Of a stretch of DNA of 64,000 nt, positions 51,643 through 64,000 are shown one piece after another. Origin of the DNA: Vicugna vicugna (taxonomy: Eukaryota); contig MU058584.1 in NCBI GenBank assembly GCA_013265495.1, forward strand, positions 1,462,616 to 1,526,615, written 5' to 3'. Positions within the stretch are counted from its first letter, which is position 1. Every line of letters starts with the position of its first letter. A program made the translations under genes and the position numbers. A model generated the notes under the pieces. It did not search any database. It was given only the letters and a program-made list of their open reading frames with translations, and was not told the origin of the DNA.

Positions 51643-52147
51643 TGTGACAGGCAGACTAATGCCCTCTCACAGATGTCCACACCCTAATGCCCAGAAACTG
51701 AACACGTTATGTTACATGGCAAAGACAAATGGAAGGTAGCAGGTGAAATTAAGGTTGTTAAAATCAGCTGACTTTATGACAGAGAGGTTCTTCTGGATTG
51801 TCTGGGTGGGCCCACTGTAATCACAAGCGTCCTTAAAGGTGGAAAAAAATCGAAAGAACAGTCAGAATCAGAGTTAATGTGACAAAGACTCAACTGGCCA
51901 TTGGGGGCTCTGAAGGTAAAAAAGAGCTACCAGCCAAGGAATGTGGGCGGCCTCCAGGTGCTGGGAAGGTAGTGAAACAGAGTCTTCTTTGCAACTTCCA
52001 GAAGGAATACAGTCTTGACAATGACTTGATTTTAGCCCACCCCTATCAGATTTCTAACCTTCAGAAGAGTAACATAATGAATTTATATTGCTTTAAGCTA
52101 GTAATGTTGGGGGTGATTTGTTACAGCAACATTAGAAAAATTATACA
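51643..52147 (+). mobile_element. MLT1D-like solo LTR
   Basis: agatgtccacaccctaat..ctgggtgggccc..gccaaggaatgtgggcggcctc..ttgttacagca..aattataca. Confidence 0.92.
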
Positions 52148-54261
52148 CTTACCTTCAAGGTCTTTCACCGTGTTATCCAGCTTTGTCCTCAGTTACCCTA
52201 GATGAACCCGTCCTCTGAAATCTGAACCCTGACCTCTAAACATGCTTTGTACATTACAAACTTTGTCATTCCATTGCCTGTGTCTGGAGTTCAACACATT
52301 CTCCTCTAGGGCAGATGAGGACTAGGCAGACCCCACTGAGGGGCTAGCTAGTGCCAGCACAGCGCGATGGGGTCTGGGGCTGGTTGTGGTGAGGTGTGCT
52401 GCTTCAAGTGGGTTGAGAGAGGAGCCTTTGGGTCAGGGACCTGGAGAAAGGCAAAAGCCAAAGAATAAAAGCCAATTTCAAGGTCAAGTCCAAAGATCAG
52501 TCCTAGACTTATGAACACAGGACGTGACCAAGATGCTGAGCTCAGATGGCAATAGAAAAGAAGCAAGGGGTAAATGCGATGCTCCGGGGTATTAGTTTTT
52601 GAGGGGCCTGTGACTCACTTTTGTGGTGGCCGGCATGTGGGGTTACTTTGTGCTGATGTACAGACACTCTTTATGTGCAGCTGTGAGCACCCTCCATCAT
52701 CTTCCATCACCCCCGGTCTACCCATCATTCAGAGTCTAGCTCAGGTCCAACCTCCTCTGTGATGCTTTTTCTGAATATTCCAACCCTCCTTATCATCTCT
52801 TCTTTAGACATCTTTGCATTTACTCCTTATATTTCCCCCTCGTTTGGTAGCTGCAATTCACCACCTCATATTTTTAATTAAAGCCATTGCATGCACAATT
52901 GTAAAATTTCACATAATACAGTAAGGTATAAATCAGACATTTAAAACCACTCAGAACCTTACCACCCAGAGATAACCAGTGTTACTTTTGGGTGTTTATC
53001 TTCTTAGACATTTTTTCCTGCAATATTTTTATATGTATAACATATGCACAAATATGCACATAAATATATTACATATATATTCTCCAAAATCAAACTTATT
53101 GCAAGAAATTCTGCATAATATAAATGATTCTTATCAAGTTTATTACATCTTAAATTATACATACATTACTTGACATTCACAATATGTATAGTGTTACTCT
53201 GACATATGAACTTTTCACCTGCATGTATATTTTTTCAGCACAGTTAAGGTTCAAGTACTTTGAGGTCCAAAAGCAAAATTCAATGTATTTTTTCTGTCCC
53301 CAGTGATGCCTAGCATAGTACACCGAACATTTTAGAGGCTAAATAAATATGTATTGACTGATTGATTAAAAGGTTATGACCTGAAAATCCTATAAAAACT
53401 TCTTACCTAGGGATGGATAATATTTGTTATTGATATGCTTTTGAATTTTTGAATTTTTACCAAGAAATTTCAATCATTTTTTTTTGCACAGAGAATTTTT
53501 TAAAAGTAGTGTATACCACACTGCTATTTTCACAATGGTCAGGTTATTATAAATCTAGAGATTTGTCAATTAGCATCAGAATTACTTGTTAAAATGGGAA
53601 AGGAGATAAACAGAGATAGAGTCCTTGTTAACTCATTAATATTCTCTATAATGAAAAATGTTGCAGGGAAGAAATGGCCACAGTAATATGTGTAATCAAT
53701 CTGGCCGGGGAAAGCGATGCAATTTGTTATCTTTACAGAGTTGCTCTGTTCTCCAGTCAGCTGGCTGGCGTATTTATCAAATGCCCGGTTGGTGCATAGC
53801 AGTGTACTGTTTCTCTGGACCACATGTTACTTGTGTTTCATTCATTCATTCACTCATTCACTATTCACTCTTTAACGTGCATTTTTGGCGAACCTGTTAT
53901 GCACATCATTGTGATAGATGCTAGAATAATAAAGTTGATCAAGACAGTTTTATCCTCAAGTCAGACTCAGTAGGGGGACAAACAGACAATTCGATGAGCT
54001 ACGCACAAGCACGAAGACTAATCTCTACTCTCAAAGAGTTTACAGTTGAAAGAAAATACTACAAAATGATGTAGTCTTTTTTTTTTTTTTTCCTGACTGC
54101 AACGTTAAGTCCAGGAATGGCTGGTTTGGACAGAAACAGAATTCTAAAGTAGGCTCAGTTGTTAGCAAGACTGACAACGAAGGCGCAGGCTTTGTTGATG
54201 ATTCAGAACATATCAGAGCAGGTAACAAGGTAAGTTGCAAACATTCATGCATAAAAGGCAT

Positions 54262-54631
54262 TGTTTTATTTTCCCAGGGCACCACAGACGGGATGGCTTA
54301 AACAGTAGAAATTTATTTCCTCGCAGTTTTGGAGACTAGAAGTCCACAATCAAAGTGTTGGCAGAGTTGATTTCTTCTGAAAACCTCTCTCCTTGGCTTG
54401 TAGGCGGCTGTCTTCTCTGCATGTCTTCACATGGTCTTCCCTCTGTGTGTGTCTGTGTCCTAATCTCCTCTTCTTACAAAAGTACCAGTCATGCTGGATT
54501 AGGGCTCATCCACATACCTCATTTGAATTTAATTACCTCTTTAAAGACCCTCTTTTTCAATCACATTTTGAGGTATGAGGGGTTAGGACTTCAGCATCTG
54601 AATTTTGGGGAGACACGGCTCAGCCCATAAC
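54262..54631 (-). mobile_element. MLT1A/B-like solo LTR
   Basis: tggcttaaacagtagaaatttattt..ctaatctcctcttcttacaa..cagcccataaca. Confidence 0.92.
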
Positions 54632-55429
54632 AGGTACCAAGGGAGAGTTTAGCAGAGTCAGAAATCCTAAATCCTTAAATGAAAGCAAATCAAATCCAGA
54701 CAGGGTAGCTAGTTGGACGCCTTTGTGAGCCTGGCTAAGGTGTGGCTTGGTTAAGCCGCATTTCGCTTTATAATTTGGGTGCATGCTACTAACTGGGTGT
54801 CTGTTAGTGCAACAGAGTATATGATTGACATTACCTTTTAAGGTTGCTTTAAACATTCCTTGATGCTTCTTGCCCAGTGAAGACAACCTTGTTTTGCAGG
54901 AATAGTGGAGCTTGGGGATGGGGCACGTCCCTTGAGCACAGTCCCTGTAGCTGGAATCTTGTGGATTACTCATCCCATTCACAACTCCGGGAAACTCTTC
55001 TCACTGAAATGTTATGGTGGTCCAACATTGGTACCCTCAAGCATGTAACTGAGTAAACTGTTATATCAGGCAGGATATAGAATGAAATAATGTTGGATGA
55101 AATAATCGAAAACCAAACTAAAAATAGATTAGTATTTCAAAATTCTCTGATGTTAAGACTTATTGCTTAAACGTTGTTTTCCAGCCCCTTCCCTTGGATG
55201 TTCTAGTTCTGGGGCTTCGGGGTAGGACTGGAGAACGTGTATTTTTAAAAATGGTATCATAGGTGTTTCTTATATTTATAAAAAGTTTGGCAAACAAACG
55301 GAGTCAACAATAGCAGTGTGGATCCAAACTCTTGCTATCCACTCTGCCATCATTACTGTGTTTATCGTCAGCGTGGCCAGGACACTTCCAATCAGGAAAT
55401 GGCTGCTATAGTTAACAGCAGAAGAGGAA

Positions 55430-55618
55430 CTAAAAGAAAGGAATAAAGAGAGAAAGAGAGAAAGGAAAGAAAGAAAGAAAAAGAAAGAAAGATGAAAGAA
55501 AAGAGAAGAAAGAGAAGGCGGGAGGAGGGAGGGAGGCAGGCAGGAAGGAAGCAAAAGAAAAGAAGGAGGAAGATGAAGAGGAGGGAGAGGAGGGACGTGG
55601 GGAGGGAGGGAGAAAGGA
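55430..55618. repeat. GA-rich (GAAA/GGAG)n low-complexity tract
   Basis: Directly visible; it explains ORFs 55276-55554 and 55492-55674. Confidence 0.92.
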
Positions 55619-55949
55619 ATTTAGAAGTTACTCGGCTTGTCTCTCCTGCTGTCTCATCACATGCTGATCTTTAAACCGTAGAGAATGGAATTACCATGTT
55701 TGGCTTAGATTATTCAGGATTTACCATTGAATTGATGAGTTTACTTTGTCTAAGCATGTGTCTTCACAGAGGTGGATAACAAGAAACAAGTAACAGGAAA
55801 GAGTGATAGAGGATTTAGTGGGCAAACAATGGTGCCTGCTACAAGTGTGTACAGGCAAACACAATAATTTTACGAGTCAAGGCAAAATTAGAATCAGATA
55901 ATTAGGGTTGTGAGGAAATAGCTAAAATCTGCTGTGTGTTCACACTGTG

Positions 55950-56150
55950 TCCTGAAGGTTTTATGGGGATTGAAATCTTTAAGCCTCACAACTGCTGTGG
56001 TGTCAGCGCTATCATTATTCCCACTTTACAGATGAAGAAGCTGAAACAGAGATGCTAATTAGCTTCTCTAAGGCCATACAGTTATTATGTGGCCGAGCCA
56101 GGATCTGAACACCAGCATTCTGGGTTCCAGAACCACACTCTACTATGATG
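55950..56150 (-). mobile_element. MIR
   Basis: attattcccactttacagatgaagaagctgaaacagaga..aggatctgaacacc. Confidence 0.85.
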
Positions 56151-56391
56151 TCCCATATGAACAGATAATAAGGCAGGCCCCTCAAATACTTACAGTCCTT
56201 GTGTGGAAACTGGTGAAGGCACCTTGGTGTTGGTTGCATGGCTGACTTTGTTCCCTATTCAATAAGCACAAATTAAGCACCCTCTGTCTGCAGTGGACTA
56301 TACCAGGGGCCAGAAAATTTCAAAAACAAGTAAGATGTGATAGAACTCTACTCAAGGAGCTTACAATCTAGGAGGAAATAGATTTGCAATC

Positions 56392-56505
56392 TTTTTTTTT
56401 TTATTATTATTATTGAAGTACAGTCAGTTACAATGTGTCCATTTCTGGCATACAGCACAGTGTCCCAGTCCATGCATCTACATACATATATTCATTTTCA
56501 TATTC
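56392..56505 (-). mobile_element. Short L1 3' end
   Basis: tattgaagtacagtcagttacaatgtgtc..tattcattttcatattct; similar to 34530-34625. Confidence 0.85.
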
Positions 56506-57102
56506 TAATTATTTTTAATAGGATATAAAGTAGAATATAGCAAAAACTACAAGGAACAGATGAAAGCTGAGAAACATTCTCAAACTACCTGCAAAAAGAT
56601 ACCTAAATGCCATAAAACTCCTAAAAATAATGCTTTACTTATTGGATTGAAGATAAAAGAGCAGTTAACTCCCGCTAGATGGATTGGAGAAGACTCACGG
56701 AGAAGAAAGGTTTTGCGAGGTGTGGATGTAGGGGAGAGGGGAGGACGTCCCAGACTGAGAAGACGTAAGAAATAACGGAGTTGAGTGTGCGTTATATTGT
56801 ATTCTGTAAATGGACGGATGTGGCTCGAATGTAGGGGACTTGGAGATACACTGGAAAGCGAGACTGTGAAGATACTAAATATAAACGGGATGCCACATCG
56901 TATGTGAAAGTCACCTTTACACTTAGAGAACCATAAGATTGTTGGGTAGGGCTATTGTGAGGACTGATGCGAGATTTATTTTGACTCTCGATTTCTCTCT
57001 TTGGATAATACTCAAGAAAGATACTCTCTTCCCCTCTCTATGTAAATAAATCATCTCCCACCTTTAGGGTCCATTTTAATCTTTTTGTTCCTTGCTTATT
57101 TG

Positions 57103-57162
57103 GCCGTTATCAAAATCTTTCACATATTTTATGCCGTTATCAAAATCTTTCATACATTTTAT
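57103..57162. repeat. 30-bp tandem duplication
   Basis: gccgttatcaaaatctttcacatattttat followed by gccgttatcaaaatctttcatacattttat. Confidence 0.95.
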
Positions 57163-58549
57163 ACTGCTAAGTGATTGTTTTATCTTTTCAACTAGATTGA
57201 AATCTCATAAAAGGTAGATTATATTTTCAAATATTTGGGGAATTCCCTACAATGCCTGACTCAGTTGTATTCAGTCAATCCGTCCATGTGGTATAATGAC
57301 CCATGGTAGAGCATAAATTTTAAGAGTTTTCAGGCACACAGGTATCTTTCTACAGGAAGTTTGAGAGAGTCTCTTAGCTTTCACCTGGAGAACTACTCAT
57401 CAGTGAGTTTCACTACATAGGAAATGACTGATTTTTCTATTTTCCTCCAAAGTCAGGTTCCTCTCAGGCCAGGAAGTCTTCCCAGCCTCTCAATGACAAC
57501 CTAAGGCATCTGTCAATGCTCCCAACATCTTCATTTCTGACTCTCTCAAGGGTTTACTTGATCTGTTACCGTTCTGACATCTGCTGCCTTAATAACCTTC
57601 CTTTGGGGGAATCTGTGCCATGCGCAGGCCCGCCTGTGCACCTCCTCCCAGCGCAGTGGCTTCTCTGCAGGCCTCCCTTGGTTGTTCTTCTGCCAGGTGA
57701 CTCCAGCTCCCTAATCAAGACGTCTGTATTCAACTGATATTTTCTCAGAATCCCTTTTTCTCATCAGTGTTTAAATGAATGAGGAATCTTTTTTCACAGA
57801 TAATTCATACCATTCTTTCTTTTCCCTTGCCCTTGATTTGTAGTTTTTCCTTCCAGGGAAAAATAAAACAAACACATACACAAACAATAACAAAAAATAC
57901 TTCCCTGAGATGGCTGTTTCTGAGCCACTAGTTATGGAACAGAAGAGACACTCCTAGACCTCGGGGCTCCCTCACTGGGTGTTCCTTGTTTGTTGGGCTT
58001 TATCCAAAAGCTCTTCATTGACATTCAGGAAGTAAGTGATGTTGCAAAGTTCCTGATAACCCTACAGAAAATTCCTATGTTTATAGTAAACATTCTTGCT
58101 CATTTATTTCATACTTGAAAACTTTTTTTTAAATTCCAAATTAGCTTCAGCAGTAAGCTTTATGGGAGACTATAAGGACCAAAGCTTTCCAGTGCAATCC
58201 AAAAATCCAACTGGTAGAAATTTATAAAGGTCTTTTTCTCTTCCTCTGTTTCAGGAAAGCAGGGACGAGGCTTCTGCCATTTACTGTTGTAGTCTCAGCT
58301 TCTAACAGCGCTTGGAAACAGGTAGGTCAGGAACACAACAAGCTAAAATGTGATCATTTCTCCCCAGCCCTGACTCTGTGACAGGCATTAATAATTTATG
58401 CTAGCAGTCTTTTCTACAGAGATGTTGCCTCTCCACATTGCCCCCGGAAGTGGAGTTGGCACACAACAAGAAACCTATTTACCATTCTCATATTTAGCAC
58501 CCAATGAGCATTTCTCAATGACTGAAATAATCTTCTCCCTTAAACGTGA

Positions 58550-58700
58550 CCCCTTCAGCATCATCTCTGATAAATGACCATCCTGCTCCTATTTAAACAC
58601 CTTCACACGATGAAGAACATGTTATTTCATAAGACAGGTCCTTCCACTGTGATATAAGTTAAACAGGAAGTTCCTTATATTTTGAAAAAATCCTGCCTTT
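58550..58700 (-). mobile_element. Possible CR1/L3 3' fragment
   Basis: catcctgctcctatttaaacacct..ttccactg..ggaagttcctt resembles the L3 antisense strand. Confidence 0.45.
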
Positions 58701-59309
58701 GCTCATTTATTAACCTATTTTTACTAATATAAAAAAAAATTTTGCAGTTGGTTAATGCTTTTGTAAGGACTGGTCCTTATTCAGATACCATCCTGTAACC
58801 AGCAACCTTATCTGGTCTTCGCAATTAGTCCTTCAGTGGTGATCACGATCAGCTTCAATTAATTTGACTTTTTCTCCTTAATGTCTAGATTAAAATGTTT
58901 TAATGGTGACCCCCAAATACACACCTACTATAAAAAATGGAAACAACAATATGTATTTGAAAAGTAAAAGAGTGAAAAAAATTATGACCATGGTCTTACA
59001 AGAAGATACAATTCTTATTACATAAACAGAAGAGAAAAGGGGAGTGAAACAGAAGGTAAAAATAACATGAAAGGGAAGATAGAGACCAAGAGAAGCAGTG
59101 CTTGATAAAGTTCAAAATGTGACATTCACAAGTATTTATTAACTCAGTAACCCCCTACTGAAAAATTCTTATGTGCTCATGTGCTTTGTTTTGCAAAAAC
59201 AAAACAACCAGCCTTAGTACTTATACAATTATTTCTATGTCCTCACAATACCCTTATTTTTTTCATCTCTCATTTCTTTCAGATGAAGAAGAATATAACA
59301 ATAGCTAAT

Positions 59310-59530
59310 AAAATAATAGTTAACATAATAGAGAGCATATTATGTGGAGAAAACACTTTACGTTCATTCAATCCGCACAGTGACCCAATGTCATAATTAC
59401 TCATCCATGAGAGGCTAAGTAGCTTCCAGAACGCCACAAAGAGCTGGAAGTGGAAACTGAACACAAGTGTGATTGAATTCAGCATTCCTAATGTAAGAGC
59501 CCATGCTCTTAAGCATTGTACAACACTGCC
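59310..59530 (-). mobile_element. MIR
   Basis: gagaggctaagtagcttcc..agagcccatgctcttaagcattgtac. Confidence 0.7.
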
Positions 59531-59772
59531 TCTCAAAGTTGCAAATGTGTAGAGAACTCACCCAGAGTGCTAACAGCTATTAAGTAACAGAAGCAGGGTC
59601 TGAACACAGACCTCATCCCAAAGAGCTATTCATTCGTGTTACAAAGTGACGCTAGACGTTGAAATCTAGTACTGTTCTCTCTCAGGTCAGAAACCTATCC
59701 CCCCAGAACTGACTGAAACAAGAATGCAGCTCTATGTGCGGGAAGTTGAAAGAAAAAAATGATAGAAACAGG

Positions 59773-59811
59773 GTTTTTTTTGTTTTTGTTTTTGTTTTTG
59801 TTTTTGTTTTG
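59773..59811. repeat. (TTTTTG)n simple repeat
   Basis: Directly visible. Confidence 0.95.
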
Positions 59812-62414
59812 TAGGGACTCCATAGGCATACCTTCCCTAGCCCTCCTTTCACTCTTAAAGAAACAAAAAGATGAAGAGAAACAGAACTTTCCAGAGTGGT
59901 TACAATGCCATGTTAAGTGTCTTCTTTCGGGAATTTGAAAACCTGTCATTCTTTGGAACATGCTATTAGAAAAACAGTGTCCCTTGGAGATCTAATTCCT
60001 GAAACTTTTACCAATTACCATTTTAAATGAGGTGATAACAGCTGGTTGGGAGGAAGGACTGCTGGAAATAAGCAGATGTATGCTATCAGCCTGAGGGGGC
60101 CCTCTGAGATGGGGAGAGGCTACCAGCCAAACCTCTACTTCTACCCAGGGCTACATAAGACCACCTCTCTCTGAAGTGGAGGGCTTAAGGAAGCAAAGAT
60201 GTATAATCTTCGGTCTCCAAAATAGCTTTGAGAGTCAAGATTTCTTACTGATTAAGAACAGACAGGGTCTTCAGATAGGGGCAACTCCAGCCTGCCTGGC
60301 ACTTTGAATAGCACAGGGAAGGGAAGACACGTATGTCACAATGCTGCTGCCAGATGATCTGTGAATAATTTGGTTAGGAGAGAGGTAACTCCCCAACTTA
60401 CAGGTACTAAACTGATACTGGAACAATCATGTCATTGGATGTAAAGGAACACCAGGTTCACAGAAAAGCAATCTCGAAAAGATATTTCACATGATTATGA
60501 TTTTTACCTTTTTGGTTTTTTATTTTTCTCCTGATCTGGTCCTTTCTCAACTTGCCACAGCTCACCAAACCAAGTCAGCGCCACCACAAATTCAGACTCT
60601 GTGGTATCTAAAGTTATGATACATAATTCTAACTCTGCTCTTGGTCTATTGTACAAGGATCCTCTTTCATCTCTCCAGGTCTCAGGATGCTCCAGAGGAA
60701 GAGCTCCCGGGGAAGAGGATCACTAAAATAAAAATCAGTGTGTAGACATGCCTCTGAAATAGTTTCAGATCCAGATTTTTGATATCTAAAGGGCTTTTTA
60801 AAGCTCTCATTAATTTGACCCTCAGAACAATTTTGAAATGTAGGGTCATTATCATGTAATTTTACTACTATGAAAACTAAAACTCAGAGAAGTGAAACTG
60901 CTCACCCAAGTCAAGAAGGATCTTTTAGTTCCTACTCAGCAGTTGCTGCATTCCATCACACTGCCTCTCAGTAGACAATGAGGAAGGTGAGGCTCACAAT
61001 ATTCATCAGTGTGGTTTCTGCATCTTTTAGCTCTTGCTCTTCTTTTTCTCTCCTTTCTTTTTTTTCTTTTAGTTCTTTTTTTTATGCTTTTTCCTTCTGC
61101 CTTTTTTGCTTTATCCCTTCTCCCTGACTTTGTCATTACTGCTGCTCATGAATATGAAAATCAGATGGATAAACCACATACCAGGAAGAAGCTCTGAGAA
61201 CCATTGTTTTCTTAATTTGGCATTTTTTTTCCCTAAAGTTCAAAAATGGTCTTAATATGAAAGGCTATGTTCTTTAGGATCTTTGTGTGCAGTAAGAGGC
61301 AAAAGTTGGCTTCAATAAATTTTGCAGAATTAAATTGAATTGAATTAAACCGAGTAAAGGTCAGACTTGACACTTAAATAGGAATTCAGAGTCAGAAGTG
61401 CCAGCCAGCCTGAACGTCGCAGCAGAGACAAGCTGGCCCCAGCTTTTGCTAGTGTGAGGACTATTTTAATCTAATCTTGCATATGTTTTCAAAAATCAGC
61501 AAAACTGCCAAAATTCTGCTGGCATTGTTCTTACCCGACTCGCCAATGCCAGTCCCTCCCTCTCAACAGTCCTAGCCCATCAGTTTCCTAATCTAAGTGG
61601 ACCAACATTTGCCTGCATGAAAAAAACCAATCTGCAATCTGTCTCAGACGCAATCCTATAAAACTCAACAGGGAAAGAAGAGAAAGGATGGCTGAGGGTA
61701 CTTGATAAGAGTTGAGAGCCCTATGGAATCTCATGGGCTTATGCCAAATAACATGCCTGCTCTACACGCGTGGTATGTGACATGACGTATAGGAGAGGGG
61801 AGTGAGAGGAGCCATGGAGGGATCAGAGAAGCACTCTCTTCATGTCTAATTCAGTCGCCTCCAATCCAAATTCAAAATTAGGACGCATTTTCAATCCCTG
61901 AAATATGGCGTTTTACAGGCTAGTTTTTTTAAACTCTTTATTGAGTCTGTCTTTCATGTTGCATGCCATCTCTATTACCTCTTTTTTGCTTCACTTGAGC
62001 CAGGGTGCTGGGCTGAGCTAAGCTAAACCTTGATGAGTGGCTTTGTTGTGCTGTGGGGCTAGACCTTCGGTAATTTATCCACCCTGCTCTGGGGGAGATG
62101 GACAAAGAATTAAAGGAACAATAAGTGGCTTTCCCACCATCACTATACATGGATGCTACAGAAAGCTGCCATGATGCCACAGAGCAGGTGGGTGCCTGAG
62201 ATCCTTGATGAACCTCACAGGAAGACATGAGTTTTGGGTGCTGGACATCCTGGGGGTCGGGGCTAGAAAGGAGGAGGAAGACAGGACTAGTCCATTACAG
62301 AGCATAATGCAGAGAGTGATGTGCGAGTCACTGCCTGGGACCAAAGCCAGGCAGAAAAAGCAATAGAGTCAATGGTCCAAAGGTCCTGGAGAGAGAACAG
62401 GAATCTACTGAGTA

Positions 62415-62760
62415 AAAATGAATGAAATATACCCACATATGCAACAGCAGTAATGACTATTACCATAAGCATTGTAGGAAAAAAGTCACAGGATAATGCA
62501 CATGATTTCATTCATATAAATTTTACACCATGAAATCTAAAACTATATACTGTTTAATAATGCACACAAAGATGAAGTAAAATAATAATAAAACAACAAC
62601 AAGGCAATGATTCCAAATAGTGACTACTAACTCCAGGGTTGGGGGTGGGATTGGAAAGAGTCATACAGGTAACTTCTAGTACGTTGATAATATCCTATTG
62701 TTAAGCTGGGTTTTGGGTACATGGATTTTATTAATACGATTTAAACTATATAGGCATAGT
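62415..62760 (+). mobile_element. L1ME-type 3' end fragment
   Basis: atgatttcattcatataaatttt..ttgataatatcctattgttaagctgggt..gggtacatgg. Confidence 0.7.
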
Positions 62761-63604
62761 AATGGGCTACTTTGTATGTAAAAATGTGTGCATGTTCAGA
62801 AACACACACACACGTGTATGTCCATAAACACGCACATATGTGTGTGTTTGCGCATCTAAGAGACTGAGAGATGAAAGCTTATGAGTCTCACTTTCAGCTG
62901 GGAAGGGGAAAAGAAGCTGCAGGCTGGGAAATGCCCTGAGCCATAGAATATAGTTATGGCTCCTTTCATGGGGTGATTAGGGTTTTGTGCATGAGCAGGA
63001 AGAGAGCTATTATGATCAATGACCCATTCAGACCATAAAACATGAAGAGAGGAGGAGGAGAACCTGGAGGTAAACAGAAAAAAAAAAATAGAAAATGGAA
63101 CTTGAGTTTAGAAAGTGTTTTGTAACCCCTTCCCCCATAACCTCCTCCATCACAATCACCTGTTTCCTAAAGTTGAATAAAATAGGCATTTAATTTATAA
63201 TAAAGCCTGTACTTCCATGGCAGTTAGTAGACACTCTGAAATTTAATCAATCAATCAATCAATTAATTAATAAATTAGACATTTAATGTTGATTGAGACT
63301 TTGTTTTCAAAGCACAGGCTGGTTGGTGTATATTGTATTCTGGAAACTCATCATCAGTGTCCCAGGAGGACAGAAAGAACTTGGGAATTGTTAGCATCAA
63401 GATTTGGGACAGGGATCTGTGGAAGCCTGGCCTTGATCCTTAAAGAGACCGTTGGCAGATTCCATACTGAGTGTGCAAGGAATTTGGCAAAAACAGACTT
63501 GTTTGGCTTAAATATGGCTATTGGATTGCATGGTGGGGTCCCATTTAGCAGGCGGGGCACAGAAGTGCCAAGAATTATACAGACTCTGATGTTACACCCT
63601 ACTT

Positions 63605-63820
63605 GCTGACAAATCAGTCTTCTCTAGCTTCAAGGATGCTTGTAGTAGATACGAGACTCCCGGGTCAGAGATAAGACTGAATATTCACAGCAGTAGCAGT
63701 AGCCAGAGCATCAGCATTTCTGCTGGACTCCCTGATGCCCAGTTCCCGCAAGGCAGTGCAAAGAGGGCCAGGTGTCACCTGTACATGCAGAGGGTTGTGA
63801 AATGGAAGAGATTCTGAGCT
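63605..63820. mobile_element. Old ERV-type LTR fragment, family not assigned
   Basis: gactcccgggtcagagataagac..cacagcagtagcagtagccagagcatcagcattt is LTR-like by recollection. Confidence 0.5.
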
Positions 63821-64000
63821 TAATCCATTTTGGTTCATTAACAGAATATAGTAGATGGGTGGTTTATAAACAACAGAAACTGATTTTTCTCAATTTTGGA
63901 GCCTAGGAAGTCCAAAATCAAAGTGCCACCAGATTCAGTATCTGGTAAAGATCCATTCTCGCTTCACAGATGACTACATTTTGCTGTAACTTCACATGAC
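63821..64000 (-). mobile_element. MLT1A-like LTR, running off the window
   Basis: tttataaacaacagaaa..ttttggagcctaggaagtccaaaatcaaagtgcca..tctggt. Confidence 0.85.

Noticed and set aside
62826..62850. Short palindrome aaacacgcacatatgtgtgtgttt
   Set aside because: Expected by-product of adjacent (CA)n/(TG)n sequence.
1..64000. Host-gene strand inferred from L1 orientation bias; CRISPR or prokaryote-type operon
   Set aside because: L1 fragments occur about equally on both strands. There is no regularly spaced repeat-spacer array or dense ORF structure.

Overview
This is a mammalian, repeat-rich window with no recognisable protein-coding exon, RNA gene, CRISPR array or prokaryote-type system. 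It is most likely a large intron or intergenic DNA. A tRNA-derived Vic-1-type SINE and young L1 3' ends point to a camelid (alpaca/llama/camel); this is recognition from memory, not a database search. Most of the window is layered fossil transposons: L2, MIR, CR1/L3, L1M and younger L1, MLT1/ERV LTRs, and MER5/MER20/MER58/MER102/MADE2 DNA elements. Several unique blocks between them look like conserved regulatory elements or non-coding exons. The most unusual structures seen directly are: (1) a ~225 bp, ~97% identical inverted duplication of apparently unique sequence, 2.06 kb apart (38171-38396 / 40459-40683); (2) a twin-primed, 5'-inverted L1 nested in a MER102-like element; (3) two near-identical young L1 tails inserted head-to-head ~430 bp apart; (4) a CpG-retaining block at ~23.0-23.6 kb with the longest open frame of the window; (5) an N-gap that is probably a false join. 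I found no well-supported novel biological system. Family names and the boundaries of old repeats are approximate (tens of bp).
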